DNA of 63,785 bases, counting the filler, from Octopus bimaculoides (lineage: Eukaryota): the NCBI RefSeq assembly GCF_001194135.2. It is 6 parts of 5 records of this genome, joined end to end, with 100 filler letters (N's around TTAATTAATTAA, not from the genome) between each part and the next. Parts side by side here need not be neighbours in the genome. Positions count along the whole stretch, not along the records: positions 16,828 to 39,455 come from NC_068985.1; 5 more parts are not named here. One strand, 5' to 3'. Below are positions 25,160-36,787 of this stretch, one piece after another. Within the stretch, counting starts at the first letter, position 1; every line of letters starts with the position of its first letter. Position numbers and translations under genes: made by a program. The notes under the pieces are model-generated. The model was not told where the DNA came from. It ran no database searches and was given only the letters and a program-made list of their open reading frames with translations.

Positions 25160-27545
25160 TACACGTTCGCAAGCGAAAAATGGCGTGGAGGGGCGTAACT
25201 TTATAACGCAAGACAAACCAGTTTGTGACAGTAGGAAAAGTCACGAAAATGTAATTTTCGCTGACACAAGTAACAATTTCCAGGACAAAACTGATAACAA
25301 ATCCAGAAGCACCACAGACTCTATGAACAGAAATAAAATTAACCGCAAAGAACAAAGAAGTATTACGACGAGAAAAGCGACACAACAACACTTGTAACTG
25401 CCAACTATCCAAACAGAAATAATGTGGAAAATATCATGATAACTGATATCAACACAGAAAATAATAATTCCAACAACACGGAACAGAGAAGCTTAACGGG
25501 TTGGGATGGATTAATCCAAATAAAACCTCCAGACTTGGAGAACATCCTATACCATGTCCATCTCAAGGACTGGACGAAATTACCCTTGATCACCGATGGA
25601 AGAAGGCCTCATTGTTTCGCTTGTGGTGATGCAACACACCTACAAGTACACTGCCCTCAGCGAAAAGGTATAGAGGTCCGTAGACCTCTGTTGATACCAA
25701 CACCAAGGCTGGGAAAGCAAAAAACAGCATCAGCTGCAGAAAGATCACCACCAATAACAGGGAAAGCAGCAATAGCAACAGTGGCGGCACCGGTGGCAGG
25801 CGTAACAACAGCACCAACAGGAAAACCGTCGTAGGGGGGGGGGTCAACCACGAAAGCCAACACCTCGCAACCGAGCTCAACAACTCACCTCTCACAAACA
25901 AACACGCAGAAAAAGAAGATGGACTTCCACACCGAGAGGAGAAGGTTGCAACAGACACTGGTTCTACCACATTGAAAAGTGATGATGAGGGAGTAGAGAG
26001 TAAATCCAAAAAAAAACCGAAAAGAAGTCACAGAGGCGAGACATCTTGTCCTGCACCAAAACAAGATAACAAAGAAACTACACACACCCACAACAAACGC
26101 AGGCACTCAGACAATTCCTGCAGCACCACAAGCACTAAAAGCTCCACTGCAGACAGAAAAAAATCCCAAAAGGAAATTCACACTTCAAACGCAACAAGAA
26201 CAGCAAAAATCAACGACGCAGGCAGGTAACGTTGTGTTAGTAAGGAAGGTCAACAAAAAAAAACTCATGGCCCTCTTATCACGAAGTGAAGAAACTGAAA
26301 GAGGTGGGGGAGATCTTCTTGAACTAGCACGTGCAACGTGCCAAAAGACTTAATGATGGTGAAGATGGATTTGGACACCTTCCAAATAATTAAGGATGCA
26401 TTTTCAGACGATATAGGGATCCCTCAAGTAAATGCTAATGCAAGGCTTCTACAACGGTTCCCAAAGGAGCCCAACGAAGAAATGGAGGAGGGCCCACCCG
26501 ATCTCCGATGGCACCAGGAGGGTGAGTGACACTCCACATATTTCTTTACTTCCTTTTAGGTCAATATAGCGGTGCTAAGAGTAGGTTGTATAAATGTAAG
26601 TGGCCTGGGGTTATCTTGAGAGCAAGGTCGGTTGTTCAATGACCTCAGATGACTGGATATGGATGTAATAACCATCAGTGAGACCAGGATCGCAGACACA
26701 CACATCTTAGCACCCATTTATGACGATTTTAAGATCTTTGTATCTCTTAGTCGACTAGGAATGGGGGTGGGGTGGAGTGGCGGTGTTGTTCAGAAAACGT
26801 CTGGATCTCGAGATACGGTTGGTCTTCCTGGGCCCGGAATGTAAGTCGGTGGTCCTGAGCGTGAACGATAATGAAGGCAGTGCTTTTAGACTGGTCGCTG
26901 TGTATGTTCCGGCTGGATCGGGGTAGTCGAATTTCTCCAGACGTTTGGAGGTCTTTCTAGGAACGTCTCGTTCTCTAGTGTCAGTGGGCGACTGGAATAC
27001 CATTTTAGATGCACGTGTGGACTGGGTGGGGCTAGCGGATAGAAAAGGTGGGTGCACAAGCCTCGCAAACTTGCTCAGTCGTTTCCAACTGGCTGACAGG
27101 TTCAGACTGGATTACCCGAATGCCCCAGTGTGAACATGGACAAACAGCATAGGGTCTCCCAGATCTTATATAGATAGGATATTTTGTAGGCCAGCAGATA
27201 GGGATAATGTAGGTTGTCCATAATTCGAACTCATCAGCTATACAGACCGCAAATTTGTGATCTGTACGGTTGACCTAAATAGTCTTCATAGGCAGGGTCC
27301 CGAATACTGGAAGCTGAATGTATCCTTCCCGGCGCGTCAAGCTTTCAGAGACTGACTTAGCAAGTTAGTCCATCGAAAGTTGACAGGTGCAGTCGTCGAT
27401 AACCAATGGACGGTAGCCTTAAAACGGGAGATTATAGTAGAAACTGTAAAATTTGGCAGAGAACTAGCGATAGAGAAGACTAGAGTAGTGGGAGACTTAG
27501 TTAAGAAATTAGAAGAGGCACTCAGTAGAGGCATAGCGACTGACA
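25160..27545 (+). mobile_element. Tx1/L1-clade LINE, 5' half (degenerate ORF1 + APE endonuclease of ORF2)
   Basis: ORF1 zinc knuckle CFACGDATHLQVHCP. EN motifs GCINVSGL, ITISET, VAVY, VGDWN, SYIDR, SYTD, YWKLN. Many stops and frameshifts. The 5' boundary is approximate. Confidence 0.85.
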
Positions 27546-28590
27546 TTAAAAAAACTCATCGCACTGGTCATCAGTCATCCTAGGATAAACAGATGGTCCT
27601 CGTTGCCCCGACGGACGAACATGATATTCTCCCTGAAATATCTTGTTCTGATTGTTTGATCCTACGCAGCTAAAGTCAAAGTCCCATATCTCTTTTTTTA
27701 ATTCTCCCGTCTGAAGTCATTGAAATTTTTTTCAGAGCACTTCGGTGTTTGAAACTCATCAGTGATTTGAAACGCATTAATATTTTGAAAAAGACTGTCC
27801 ATGTAATCTTTTCGATTTGTGTCGCAGCTTTCTAACTCACAGAACTTAGCGTCTCTCTCTTCATTCATCTAATAAATCCTCTCTTATTACTACCAAAAGT
27901 GTCTCTTCGTTGTCAACAACGTACTTCCTTTACCTCTCTACTTCTACAGTTTTCTACACTAACCAATCCTCTTTGTCAATCCTTTTTGTTGAAATGCAAT
28001 CTGTTAACATCTGCCTGTGAGTGTAAGAACCTGTATTATTATTATTTTCATTCTTCTTCTTCTTCTTCTTCTTCTTCTTCTTCTTCTTCTTCTTCTTCTT
28101 CTTCTTCTTCTTCTTCTTCTTCTTCTTCTTCTTCTTCTTCTTCTTCTTCTTCTATATTAATGCTTAACGGTATTTCGCCCGTCATTACGTTCTGAGTTCA
28201 AATTCCATCGAGGTTGAGTTTGCCATTCATCATTTCGGGATCGATAAATTAAGTACCAGTGGAAACACTGGGGTCGATATGATTGACCAGTCTCCTCTCC
28301 CGAAATTTCGGTCCTTGTCCCTATAGTAGAAAGATCATTATTATTATCATTATATATAAGGCGGCGAGCTGGCAGAATCGTTAGCACGCTGAACAAAATA
28401 CTTAGCGGCATTTCGTCCGTCTTTACGTTCCGAGTTCAAATTTCACCGAGGTTGACTTTGTTTATTATTAGCATAATGATCCTCCCGAGATAATAAAAAA
28501 TATGAAACAACATATTTAAACAAGTTTTTTTTTCTTTTGTATTTGGAAGTGTCGAATGTGTATCGTATTATACAACCAAGAAAGTAATAT

Positions 28591-28861
28591 GGTTCTATAT
28601 TTAAGAGATGAGGAATTATGCACATTATTTACATTATTTACATTTGATGGATATTTGTCCTCATCTTGTTTGCTGTTAACACAACGTCTCGGCTGATATA
28701 CCCTCCAAGCCGTTATCAAGTGCCTTGGGGAAATTTCGAACCTGGGTTCTCATTCTTAAGGTATTTTTCGATGTTGTTGTTGTTATTATTATTATTATTA
28801 TTATTATTNNNNNNNNNNCGAACCTGGGTTCTCATTCTTAAGGTATTTTTCGATGTTGTTG

Positions 28862-28896
<35 letters not shown>

Positions 28897-28972
28897 CCCA
28901 CGGGCATATGGCGTAGTAGTTAAGAGCGCGGGCTACTAACCCCAAGATTCCGAGTTCGATTCCAAGCAGTGA

Positions 28973-29008
<36 letters not shown>

Positions 29009-29152
29009 CAACATCGAAAATACCTTAGGAATGAGAATCCAGGTTCGAAATTTCCCCAAGACACCTGATGAAGGCTGGAGTATATATCAGCCGAAACGTT
29101 GTGTTAACAACAAACAAGATGAGGACAAATATCCGTCAAATGTAAATAATGT
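28591..29152 (+). mobile_element. Composite non-autonomous retroelement: inverted arm + tRNA-like head + (AAT)n + hammerhead + tail, with 13-bp TSD
   Basis: AAGAAAGTAATAT at 28578-28590 and 29153-29165. Left arm (28591-~28896) is the reverse complement of the right arm (~28975-29152). A-box TGGCGTAGTAG and B-box GAGTTCGATTCC at 28909-28963. A 10-N gap at 28809-28818 has a duplicated overlap. Confidence 0.75.
29060..29105 (+). ncRNA. Minimal (Penelope-type) type I hammerhead motif
   Basis: GACAC-CUGAUGA-A-GGCUG(gaguauauau)CAGCC-GAA-ACGU-U-GUGUU. Stem I 5 bp, stem II 5 bp, loopless palindromic ACGU stem III (dimer type), GUU triplet, one extra A after A9. Confidence 0.75.
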
Positions 29153-29287
29153 AAGAAAGTAATATTTCGAACGCAGTATCGCCGTGAAAACAACAGAAAG
29201 ATTGGGTACTTTCCGTCTTATAAGGGTAAAATACCCGATCTTTCTGCTGTTTTCGCGGTTATACTGCGTTCGAAGTATTAGTTTCTT
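29153..29287. repeat. Imperfect 56-bp inverted repeat with a 23-nt spacer
   Basis: Arms 29153-29208 and 29232-29287, 7 mismatches by my count. Confidence 0.9.
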
Positions 29288-29394
29288 GCCTGTGTAATAA
29301 AATATGCTTCAATATACGAGTTCACATCAAGAACCGTGGAAGCAAAAAATAAAATAATGCTTTATTGCAACACAAAAGTTTTTAGATCACTTAC

Positions 29395-29559
29395 CAGCAC
29401 AGTCTGAGATGTTTTTGGCACCTAGAACACCCTTACCCTCCGCTTGGTTTGGGCAATTTTTACATTCAGTCTGTCCCTCCATATCTTGATATTTTCCGTG
29501 ACTGCAGGGTACACAAATACCTTTCTCCACGTCATGGTATGTACCAATGCTGCAGGATA
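29395..29559 (-). CDS. SCUBE: SCUBE Cys-rich repeat exon 1: SCSIGTYHDVEKGICVPCSHGKYQDMEGQTECKNCPNQAEGKGVLGAKNISDCA(G)
   Basis: cattTAG acceptor and gtaagt donor; 165 nt, phase 1 to 1. CxxGTY...CxxC...YQ...GxxxCxxCP pattern of the GCC2/GCC3 (ephrin-receptor-like) repeat. Confidence 0.95.
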
Positions 29560-29953
29560 CTAAATGAATAAGAAATAAACAAACGTCCAAAACAACAACA
29601 ACAACAACAACAATAGTAACAACGATAACAACATTCTCATTATAATAGTCCTTCAATATTTCGTCTATTTGATTACAAGAAAAAGTTGAGCCTTAGGCTA
29701 AGATAACTTAAAATACAAATACAAATTCATCGGATCAACACCAATCATTGTATTATACTGATACTACACTGTGGCTCTGCGTTATTTAGTTTTAGTCACT
29801 GCGGCTACAGCTATACTGGAGCAACCAAAGAACTACAGAACCCAAAGCCCCAAATGTTACAATATCTTAGTGAAAGTGCGTGATTTAATGGCTGAAGATG
29901 TGCGGCGTACGATCGTAAAGTCGTGGGTTCGATACTAGGCCGGGTTATTTTAT

Positions 29954-30110
29954 CAAGCTTTCACACAATTAATGAATTTTTGGTACATGTCATAAAGCTT
30001 TTACATCATTAATGAATGCTCAGTACATGTTTTCAAGCTTTCATACAATTCATGAATGCTCGGTACATGTAATAAAACTTTTATGCTATAAATGGATCCT
30101 TGGTTATGGT
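29954..30110. repeat. ~39-bp minisatellite, ~3.5 diverged copies
   Basis: Unit AAGCTTT(C/T)A(C/T)A(C/T)(A/C)ATT(A/C)ATGAAT...GTACATGT. Confidence 0.8.
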
Positions 30111-31729
30111 ATTATTAAGTCGTACTCGCTTGCGAGTGACGGCTGTTTTTATTTTTTTCATCAAACTTTATTGGAACTCAAATAAAAACCATAGAAGAAA
30201 ACTTACTGAAACATTTCTGTAGTAAGGCGATAGTAATGGTAATAAGCAACGGAGAACTAAATGCTATCAAATTAGGTAATAATAAGTATACAACTTCTCA
30301 ACCAGCTGACTCTGGGTCTCGCTTGTAGTTATTTTACTTATAATACTGCTAATAACCATGGGAAAGGCGAAAATATTACAACATTTTCCCGCTACTGACG
30401 TCAACAGGGTTAATGTTTTTTCCATTTAGCAGGCGAAGTACCGAATTATAGTCTCATATCAGATGGTAATCAGATCTATTCAGATAGTTTTGCAAAAATC
30501 TTCAGCATACGACTCGGAACCAGCCTCTTTAGCTTGTCATTTACTCCTACTAGAAACATCTATTGGATATCAGTTTAAATAAATGTTAAGTACTTACTGC
30601 CGTGTATTATATCATATCCGGCATTTTTCGAAGCATGGCATGCGATTTTTTTTAATAAAGAAAACATTGACTTTCTTTGCGTTGCACTTGTTTGTTAAGT
30701 GCTTTGGTCTGAGAGCATGTGTTGGGACTAAAACAATTACATTGTGGTTAAGTCATTGCAGCCATTAAACATTTTAAAACACACTTTTATATTCACTTTT
30801 GCTTTTGCTTTTCTATTGTAATAACAAGCGCTGTATGGCCAAATGGTTCGTGTGGCAAACAGAAGGGCTGGGTTCGATTCCGCTATCTGACATCATGGGC
30901 AAATGCTATTTTCTATAGTCTCGGATCAAACCAAACCTTGTGTGAGAAATTAGGTTGGTGGAAACTGTACAGACGTCTGATCAGTGGGCTGTACATGTAA
31001 TACAAAAGGTGCAGCCTTGTAAAACTCTGTGCCTGAAATTTAGGGTAACGGTCTACAAGTCTGTGAATACTCAGCCACTTTACACGTAAATTCGGGAGCA
31101 AATAATTCAGTTGACTGAAAAACTGAACCCACATCATCGAGACATGGCAGTATGGTTTAGAGGTTTGCTTTGTAAACTTGGCTCCAGGTTCAGTCCGACT
31201 GCGCGACATCTTGGGTAAGTGTCTTTTACTATAGCCCCGGATCGACTAATGCCGTGTGACCGAATTTAGTAGACGGAAACAGTGTGGAAGCCTTTCGTGT
31301 GTGCGCGTGTGTGCGTGCGGTGTGTGTGTATGTGTGCGTGTGTGCGTGCATATGTATATATACATACATACATATATATACATAGATATATTTATAAATG
31401 TATATATGTATATACATATACATGTATATATACATATGTATTAATATATATGTATATATTATATATGTACATATACGTATATACATATTCATAAACACAC
31501 ACACATACACACACACATACATACACACACACACATATATACAGCACATTTTTATATGTATGTGTGTGACTTATCTTTTACTTGTATCTGTCATTAAGCT
31601 GCGGTAGTGCTGGGGCACTGCCTTGAAGCGTTTAATCGAAGAAATCGACCCCAGTATTTAGTTTTTAAAGTCTAGTACTTATTCTATGGGTGTCTTTTGC
31701 TGAACCGCTAGTTATTGGGGCATAAGCAA

Positions 31730-34150
31730 ACCACCCAGCGTGGCAATGATGCTACAATTAGGTCTCTCGTTGATGACAATGGGAGTTCGGTCGATGGACG
31801 GGACGATATGTGTGAGGCGCTTTACAAGCACTTTGCCGAGTTGTTCGGGAGGAGCGGGGCGCTGGATCATGATGAGGCCCTTAAGGACTTCCTGGCTGGC
31901 ATCCCACGTCTCTCGGCACGAGAGGCTGAGTGCTGTGAGGGCCCAATCACAGCCGAGGAGGTGATCGAGGTGCTGGGCGAATGCCCCGAGGAGAAGTCGC
32001 CGGGTTTCGATGGTCTACTTTATGAATTCTACAAACGTATGCCAGACTTCTTCGGGCACCTACTGACCAGCGTCCACGCCAACTAGCAGCAGAATGGGAG
32101 AATTCCCAAGTCTGCGAGCCGGCGGGTGGTGACGTTGATCAGGAAGGACCCGAGCAAGGGGGACGAAATAGAGAATTTCAGGCTCATAACTCTGCTAAAC
32201 ACAGAGTTAAAGATTTTGGCCAAGGTACTAGCGAAAAGGTTGGCGCGGGTCGTGGACATACTTGTAGAGGAAGAGCAAACGTGCTCTATCCCGCGCAGGA
32301 CGATCCACGACAATCTCCACCTTATACGCTACTCCTTAGAGAGGGTGAGGAAGCTTTCTGGCGCAGTGTGAGGGGGCATTGGTACGTTTAGACCAGTCTA
32401 AATTATTTGATAAGGTCGACCATCAGTACTTGGTGGCGGTCCTCGAGAAGGCTGGCCTGGGCCCGACCTTGCGCGGTTGGATTGCTGCTTTGTACAGCGA
32501 CATCGAGTCCGTCGTGAAGGTGAATGGTTTCTTTTCGAAGCCATTCAGGATCGAGCGCTCAGTGCGTCAGGGGCATCCCCTATCTCTGCTTTTGTATGTG
32601 TTGGCTCTTGAGCCATTGCTGCGGAAGTTGGAGGCAATAGGGAGAACGCCGAATGATCTGTGGTGTGGAAGAGGAGCTACGGCGTATGCAGATGACATCT
32701 CCATCATCGTGGCGGATGAAGGCTAGCTTTCAGTGATGGAAGAGGCTATCAAAAGTTACGAGGCGGTGGCAGGAGCAAAGGTTAACAAGGACAAGTCGGT
32801 CGGTTTGCAACTCGGCACCTGGAGGGGCAAGCCGATGGCGTCCAATAACGTGGTGGGGCGTTGGATGGAATGTCCTGTTAAGCTGCTTGGAGTCTGGTTT
32901 GGCCCAGACCTCCAGATAGAGAAAAATTAGAGTGAGGTGACCAGCATGATGACTGCTCTAACCTAGACCTGGCCTGGGTGAGCGTTATCCTTGTTAGAAA
33001 GGCAGAGGTGGTGCAGATGTTTATAGCATCGGTTATCACCTACCGTCTGACCGTGGTGCCTTGCCCCGATTTGTGGCTGAACAAGTTGGAGAGAATCCTT
33101 TTCCGTTTTTTATGGAAGGGAGGAAAGCCACTTGTGAAGCGCTCTGTCTGCTGCCAGAAACCGCTAAAGGGTGGGCTAGGGATGCCTTGGCTGAGGATGC
33201 GAAAACTCGCGTTGAGGTTGAGGCACCTCTAGCTTTACCTGGATGGAGAGTAGGTGTGGTCACCACACGTCCGGTTCTACCTTCCGCAGTTAACGTCCTT
33301 AGCGGACATTGGTACATGGACCAAGCAGAGACGTAGGCTGGGGACTGGCAATTGGAGTGCCGTCAGGCACTTCAGCTACTCTCTCGGGCGGGCAATGCCG
33401 GCAACAGGAGTTCCAACGCGGATTTTTAAAGCGAGCTAGTGGAAGTTATGTCCGAAGACGCCTTGGAGGAGACCCTGAGCTACGATGAAAATCAGTTGAT
33501 CAAACTGTTTAGGAGTGCTTTCGGGCCGGGGTATTTGGACAATTACCAGAAATCCCTGGCTTGGCAGTGCTTTCGTGCGGTGTTACCTATTCGTGATAAA
33601 CTGTCAAGACACGGAAGTGCCGTCTCGCCGACATGTCTGAGGTGCGGGCAGGACAGGGAAACAGTCTTGCACGCATTTGTGGAATGTCCGGAATTAACGG
33701 AACTGATAGTTTTCACAGAACAACTGTTGTCATCGATGGGAAGAGTACAGCTATCGGTTGAGTCTATTATCGAGATTGTGCCGCCTCCTTCCCTTAACAG
33801 GGAGAGGAAGGCTTGCTTTTTCTGCGTAGGAGCCATACTGAAAGAAAAGTATGGAAGACGCGTGTGAGAGGAATAGTGACGGGTACCTTTGTAGCTGGTC
33901 AGGGGTTGGTTAATGTTTTTAGCTACCACCTCAGCAGTAACTGGAGAAGAGGTACCTGTCACGAGAAAGATTCGAGAAAAGATGGAAGCCTGTGGCAAGA
34001 AAGCTAAGAGCGATTGGCACCAGGTAAGTGGAGTCTGAAAGAAAGCAAGGGTTCTACCCTGATGGTTGGATGTCTTTCTTTCAGGGAATCCATTGCCAGT
34101 CGCAATGAGAATCACGTCAGTAAAATTGTAATTTGTAATTTGTAATTTTT
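31730..34150 (+). mobile_element. Tx1/L1-clade LINE, 3' half (RT + C-terminal zinc motif), pseudogenised
   Basis: KSPGFDGL, FRLITLLNTELKILAKVLAKRL, RTIHDNL, LDQSKLFDKVDH, SVRQGHPLSLLLYVLALEPL, YADD, KLLGVWFG, CLRCGQDRETVLHAFVEC. Fragmented by stops. Confidence 0.92.
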
Positions 34151-34269
34151 AATTGTATTAATTTATCATCATCGGTTTTTAATCGATTAACAGCTACTTC
34201 ACATTTTTATGTTTGTCTGTCTTCGTCCGTCCCCTCTTTGTACTGCCTTCATGACAAATTTTATGAAAT

Positions 34270-34700
34270 AAAGTAGCTTGCTTACTAGCCACACGGTTCC
34301 GGGTTCAGTCCCACTGCGTAGCACCATGAGCAAGTGTCTTCTACTATAACCTCGGGCCAACCAAAGCTTTGTGAGTGCATTTGGTAGATGGAAACTGAAA
34401 GAAGCCCGTCGTATATATATATATATGTGCGTGCGTGTGTGTGTGCACGTGTGTGTGTGCACGTGTGTGTGTGGGTGTATGTTTGTGTGTCTGTGTTTGT
34501 CCCCCCACCATCGCTTGACAACCGAGGCTGGTGTGTTTACGTCCCCGTAACTTAGCGGTTCAGCAAAAGAGATCGATCGAATAAGTACTAGGTTTACAAA
34601 GAATAAATCCTGGGGTCGATTTGCTTGACTAAAGGCGGTGCACCAGCATGGCTGCAGTCAAATGACTGAAACAAAAAAAAAAAGAGGATAAAAGAATAAA
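34270..34700 (+). mobile_element. tRNA-derived SINE family B with a CORE-like CCTTGGGCAAGT segment and internal (TG/TA)n
   Basis: GGGTTCAGTCCCACTGCG B-box region. Copies at ~22812-23225, 31140-31300, 36520-36760(-), 40290-41065(-), 47495-47770(-), 57905-58107(-), 60530-60915. Confidence 0.8.
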
Positions 34701-34704
34701 TACC

Positions 34705-34829
34705 TTTCGGCCGCAGAAACCCGCGATATACTGAGGAGACCGCGATATAAATTTACATATATTAGCCAGAAAAATCCGCGATGTACTGAGTGCGCGATAG
34801 GTGAACCGCGATATGGCGAAGGATTACTG
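34705..34829. mobile_element. One end of a pogo/Tigger-type MITE
   Basis: Ends ...CCGCGATATGGCGAAGGATTACTG|TA with repeated CCGCGATA subterminal motifs. The other end was not seen. Confidence 0.5.
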
Positions 34830-35151
34830 TATATTAAATATCATAAAATACAGATTCCTGTGTTATTGAAGGTATCTTCGCTACCATCGTTTAGTGACAA
34901 TAGGAAACAACTTTAAATGAAAAAGGGAGATTATCTCAAGAATTTGAAATTTCTTCAAAAGGGATCCGTCTGTTAGAAGGATAGCTTCTCGTCTCTTGGA
35001 AGGATAGCTTTCTATCAGGTCGTGCTGATCGAGTTTTCTGTAACCCAAACTAGTTCTACATAGTCACACACACACACGCGCGTGCGTGCAGTCATAATAA
35101 ATGGGAAAGAAAGGAAAGAGAAAGAAAAATGCCCAAAACATATGTACTCAC

Positions 35152-35252
35152 TGCATTCTTGGTTAACAAGAATATTTCCTTTTCGGCATGTCATCAATGT
35201 TCTTGCCGCTTTAAAGGAACGCTTTCGTACGCCATACTGGATATTTTCAAAT
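35152..35252 (-). CDS. SCUBE: SCUBE exon: FENIQYGVRKRSFKAARTLMTCRKGNILVNQEC(I)
   Basis: ttcatggcag acceptor and gtgagt donor; 101 nt, phase 2 to 1. In frame with both neighbours, giving NQECISCSIGTY. Confidence 0.88.
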
Positions 35253-36746
35253 CTGCCATGAAAGAAAATATAGATATTCTTTTTTACTCTTGGAAAAAGG
35301 CCTGAAATTTTGGAGAAGGAGGCCCAGTCGATTAGACCGACCCAGAACGCAACTGGTACTTAATTTATTGACCCCGAAAGGATGAAAGACAAAGTCGATT
35401 TCAGCGGAATTTGAACTCGGAGCGTAAAGACAGGTGTGCTAACTTTGCTGCCAGCTCGGCGCCTTGAAAGAAAATATAGATATTACACAAGGATTACTAT
35501 TGTATTCCTTGAAATGTTTCTTGATAGAAACCTGCAATTTATATATAGTTAGTAATAGTAACACTATTTCAAATGTCACATGAAAGCAGTTTCATATGTC
35601 ACAAGCTTTTATTTATTGTATGTAATATTGTGTTTATTTTTAAAAAATATTTGTTTTCTTTTTCGTTCACTCTGTACAGTATATCTACGGAGAATATTAC
35701 TTTATCAAACACAAATCCTTTTGAATGAAATAGTCTTATAAGAATTTTATGAGTTGGTAAACTTTATACGCATTGAAAGCTTTTAGCCGTTACAGCTCAT
35801 GTTTTAAATAACCATCTATCCGGGTGACCAGCGTTTAGGATTAGACAATAGTAGTTGAGAACTATCTTGGAATATTTACAAAGAATATAAATTCAGGTTG
35901 AGAAATGTTAGTTGCACAAAATATCTTAAATTAACATAAAACTTAATCGAAAATTCATTTACAAATAACTAATTGACTGACAGTTTGAGAAAATCAGGAA
36001 AAAAATATCGAGTCTGTTTTAGATTGTCGGTAGATCATAAATATGCCCTTCTGTAGTATAACCGACTCAATAAACCCCAATGAAAGGCTGATACTTAAAT
36101 TTAACGACCCTCAGAAGGACAAAGAGAAAAGGTAATTAATCTGGGAGGAACGAAAACATAGGATGTAGGAAGACAAGGAAGAGTAAAGCATTTTGTTCGG
36201 TGTTCTTATCAAAAGTACTAATTAAGGTATTTTATTAATAAATGTCATATATTGATTAAAATTGCCAGTATTGGTGAATTTGCAGAATCGGTAGATTCCT
36301 GCATTATATTATTTTTATATTCAGTGTTGTTCGAATTCCATACAGTCAAATTTGCTTTTCCTCCTTTCCAGGTCGATAAAGAAAGAACTGCAGTTGATAT
36401 AATCGATGTTTCCTCATTAATTGTCTTGTCTTTACTAAAAGCCAATATTATGAATGACTGATTCAGAAACCTATAATAATTCTTTATGTACATGCCTGAA
36501 ATTTTGAGGAGAGAAGCAAATCGATTATTTTTTACTTGTTTCAGTCATTTGACTGCGGCCATGCTGGAGCACCACCTTGAGTGGTTTTAGTCGAGCAAAT
36601 CGACACCAGGACTTATTTTTTAAGCCTAGTCCTTATTCTATCAGTCATTTTTGCCGAACCGCTAGTTTACTAGGACGTAAACACACCAACATTGATTGTC
36701 AAGCGGTGATATGGGGACAGACAGACACAAAGACACACGCACATAG

Positions 36747-36787
<41 letters not shown>

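Noticed and set aside
28737-28893. ~70-bp direct duplication inside the composite element
   Set aside because: It flanks a 10-N gap and is best explained as unmerged contig overlap.
28902-28975. Functional tRNA-Ser(ACT) gene
   Set aside because: The acceptor stem does not pair, the anticodon stem is imperfect, and it is embedded in a repeat; it is a SINE-type head. The same applies to the heads at 16541, 30830 and 57619.
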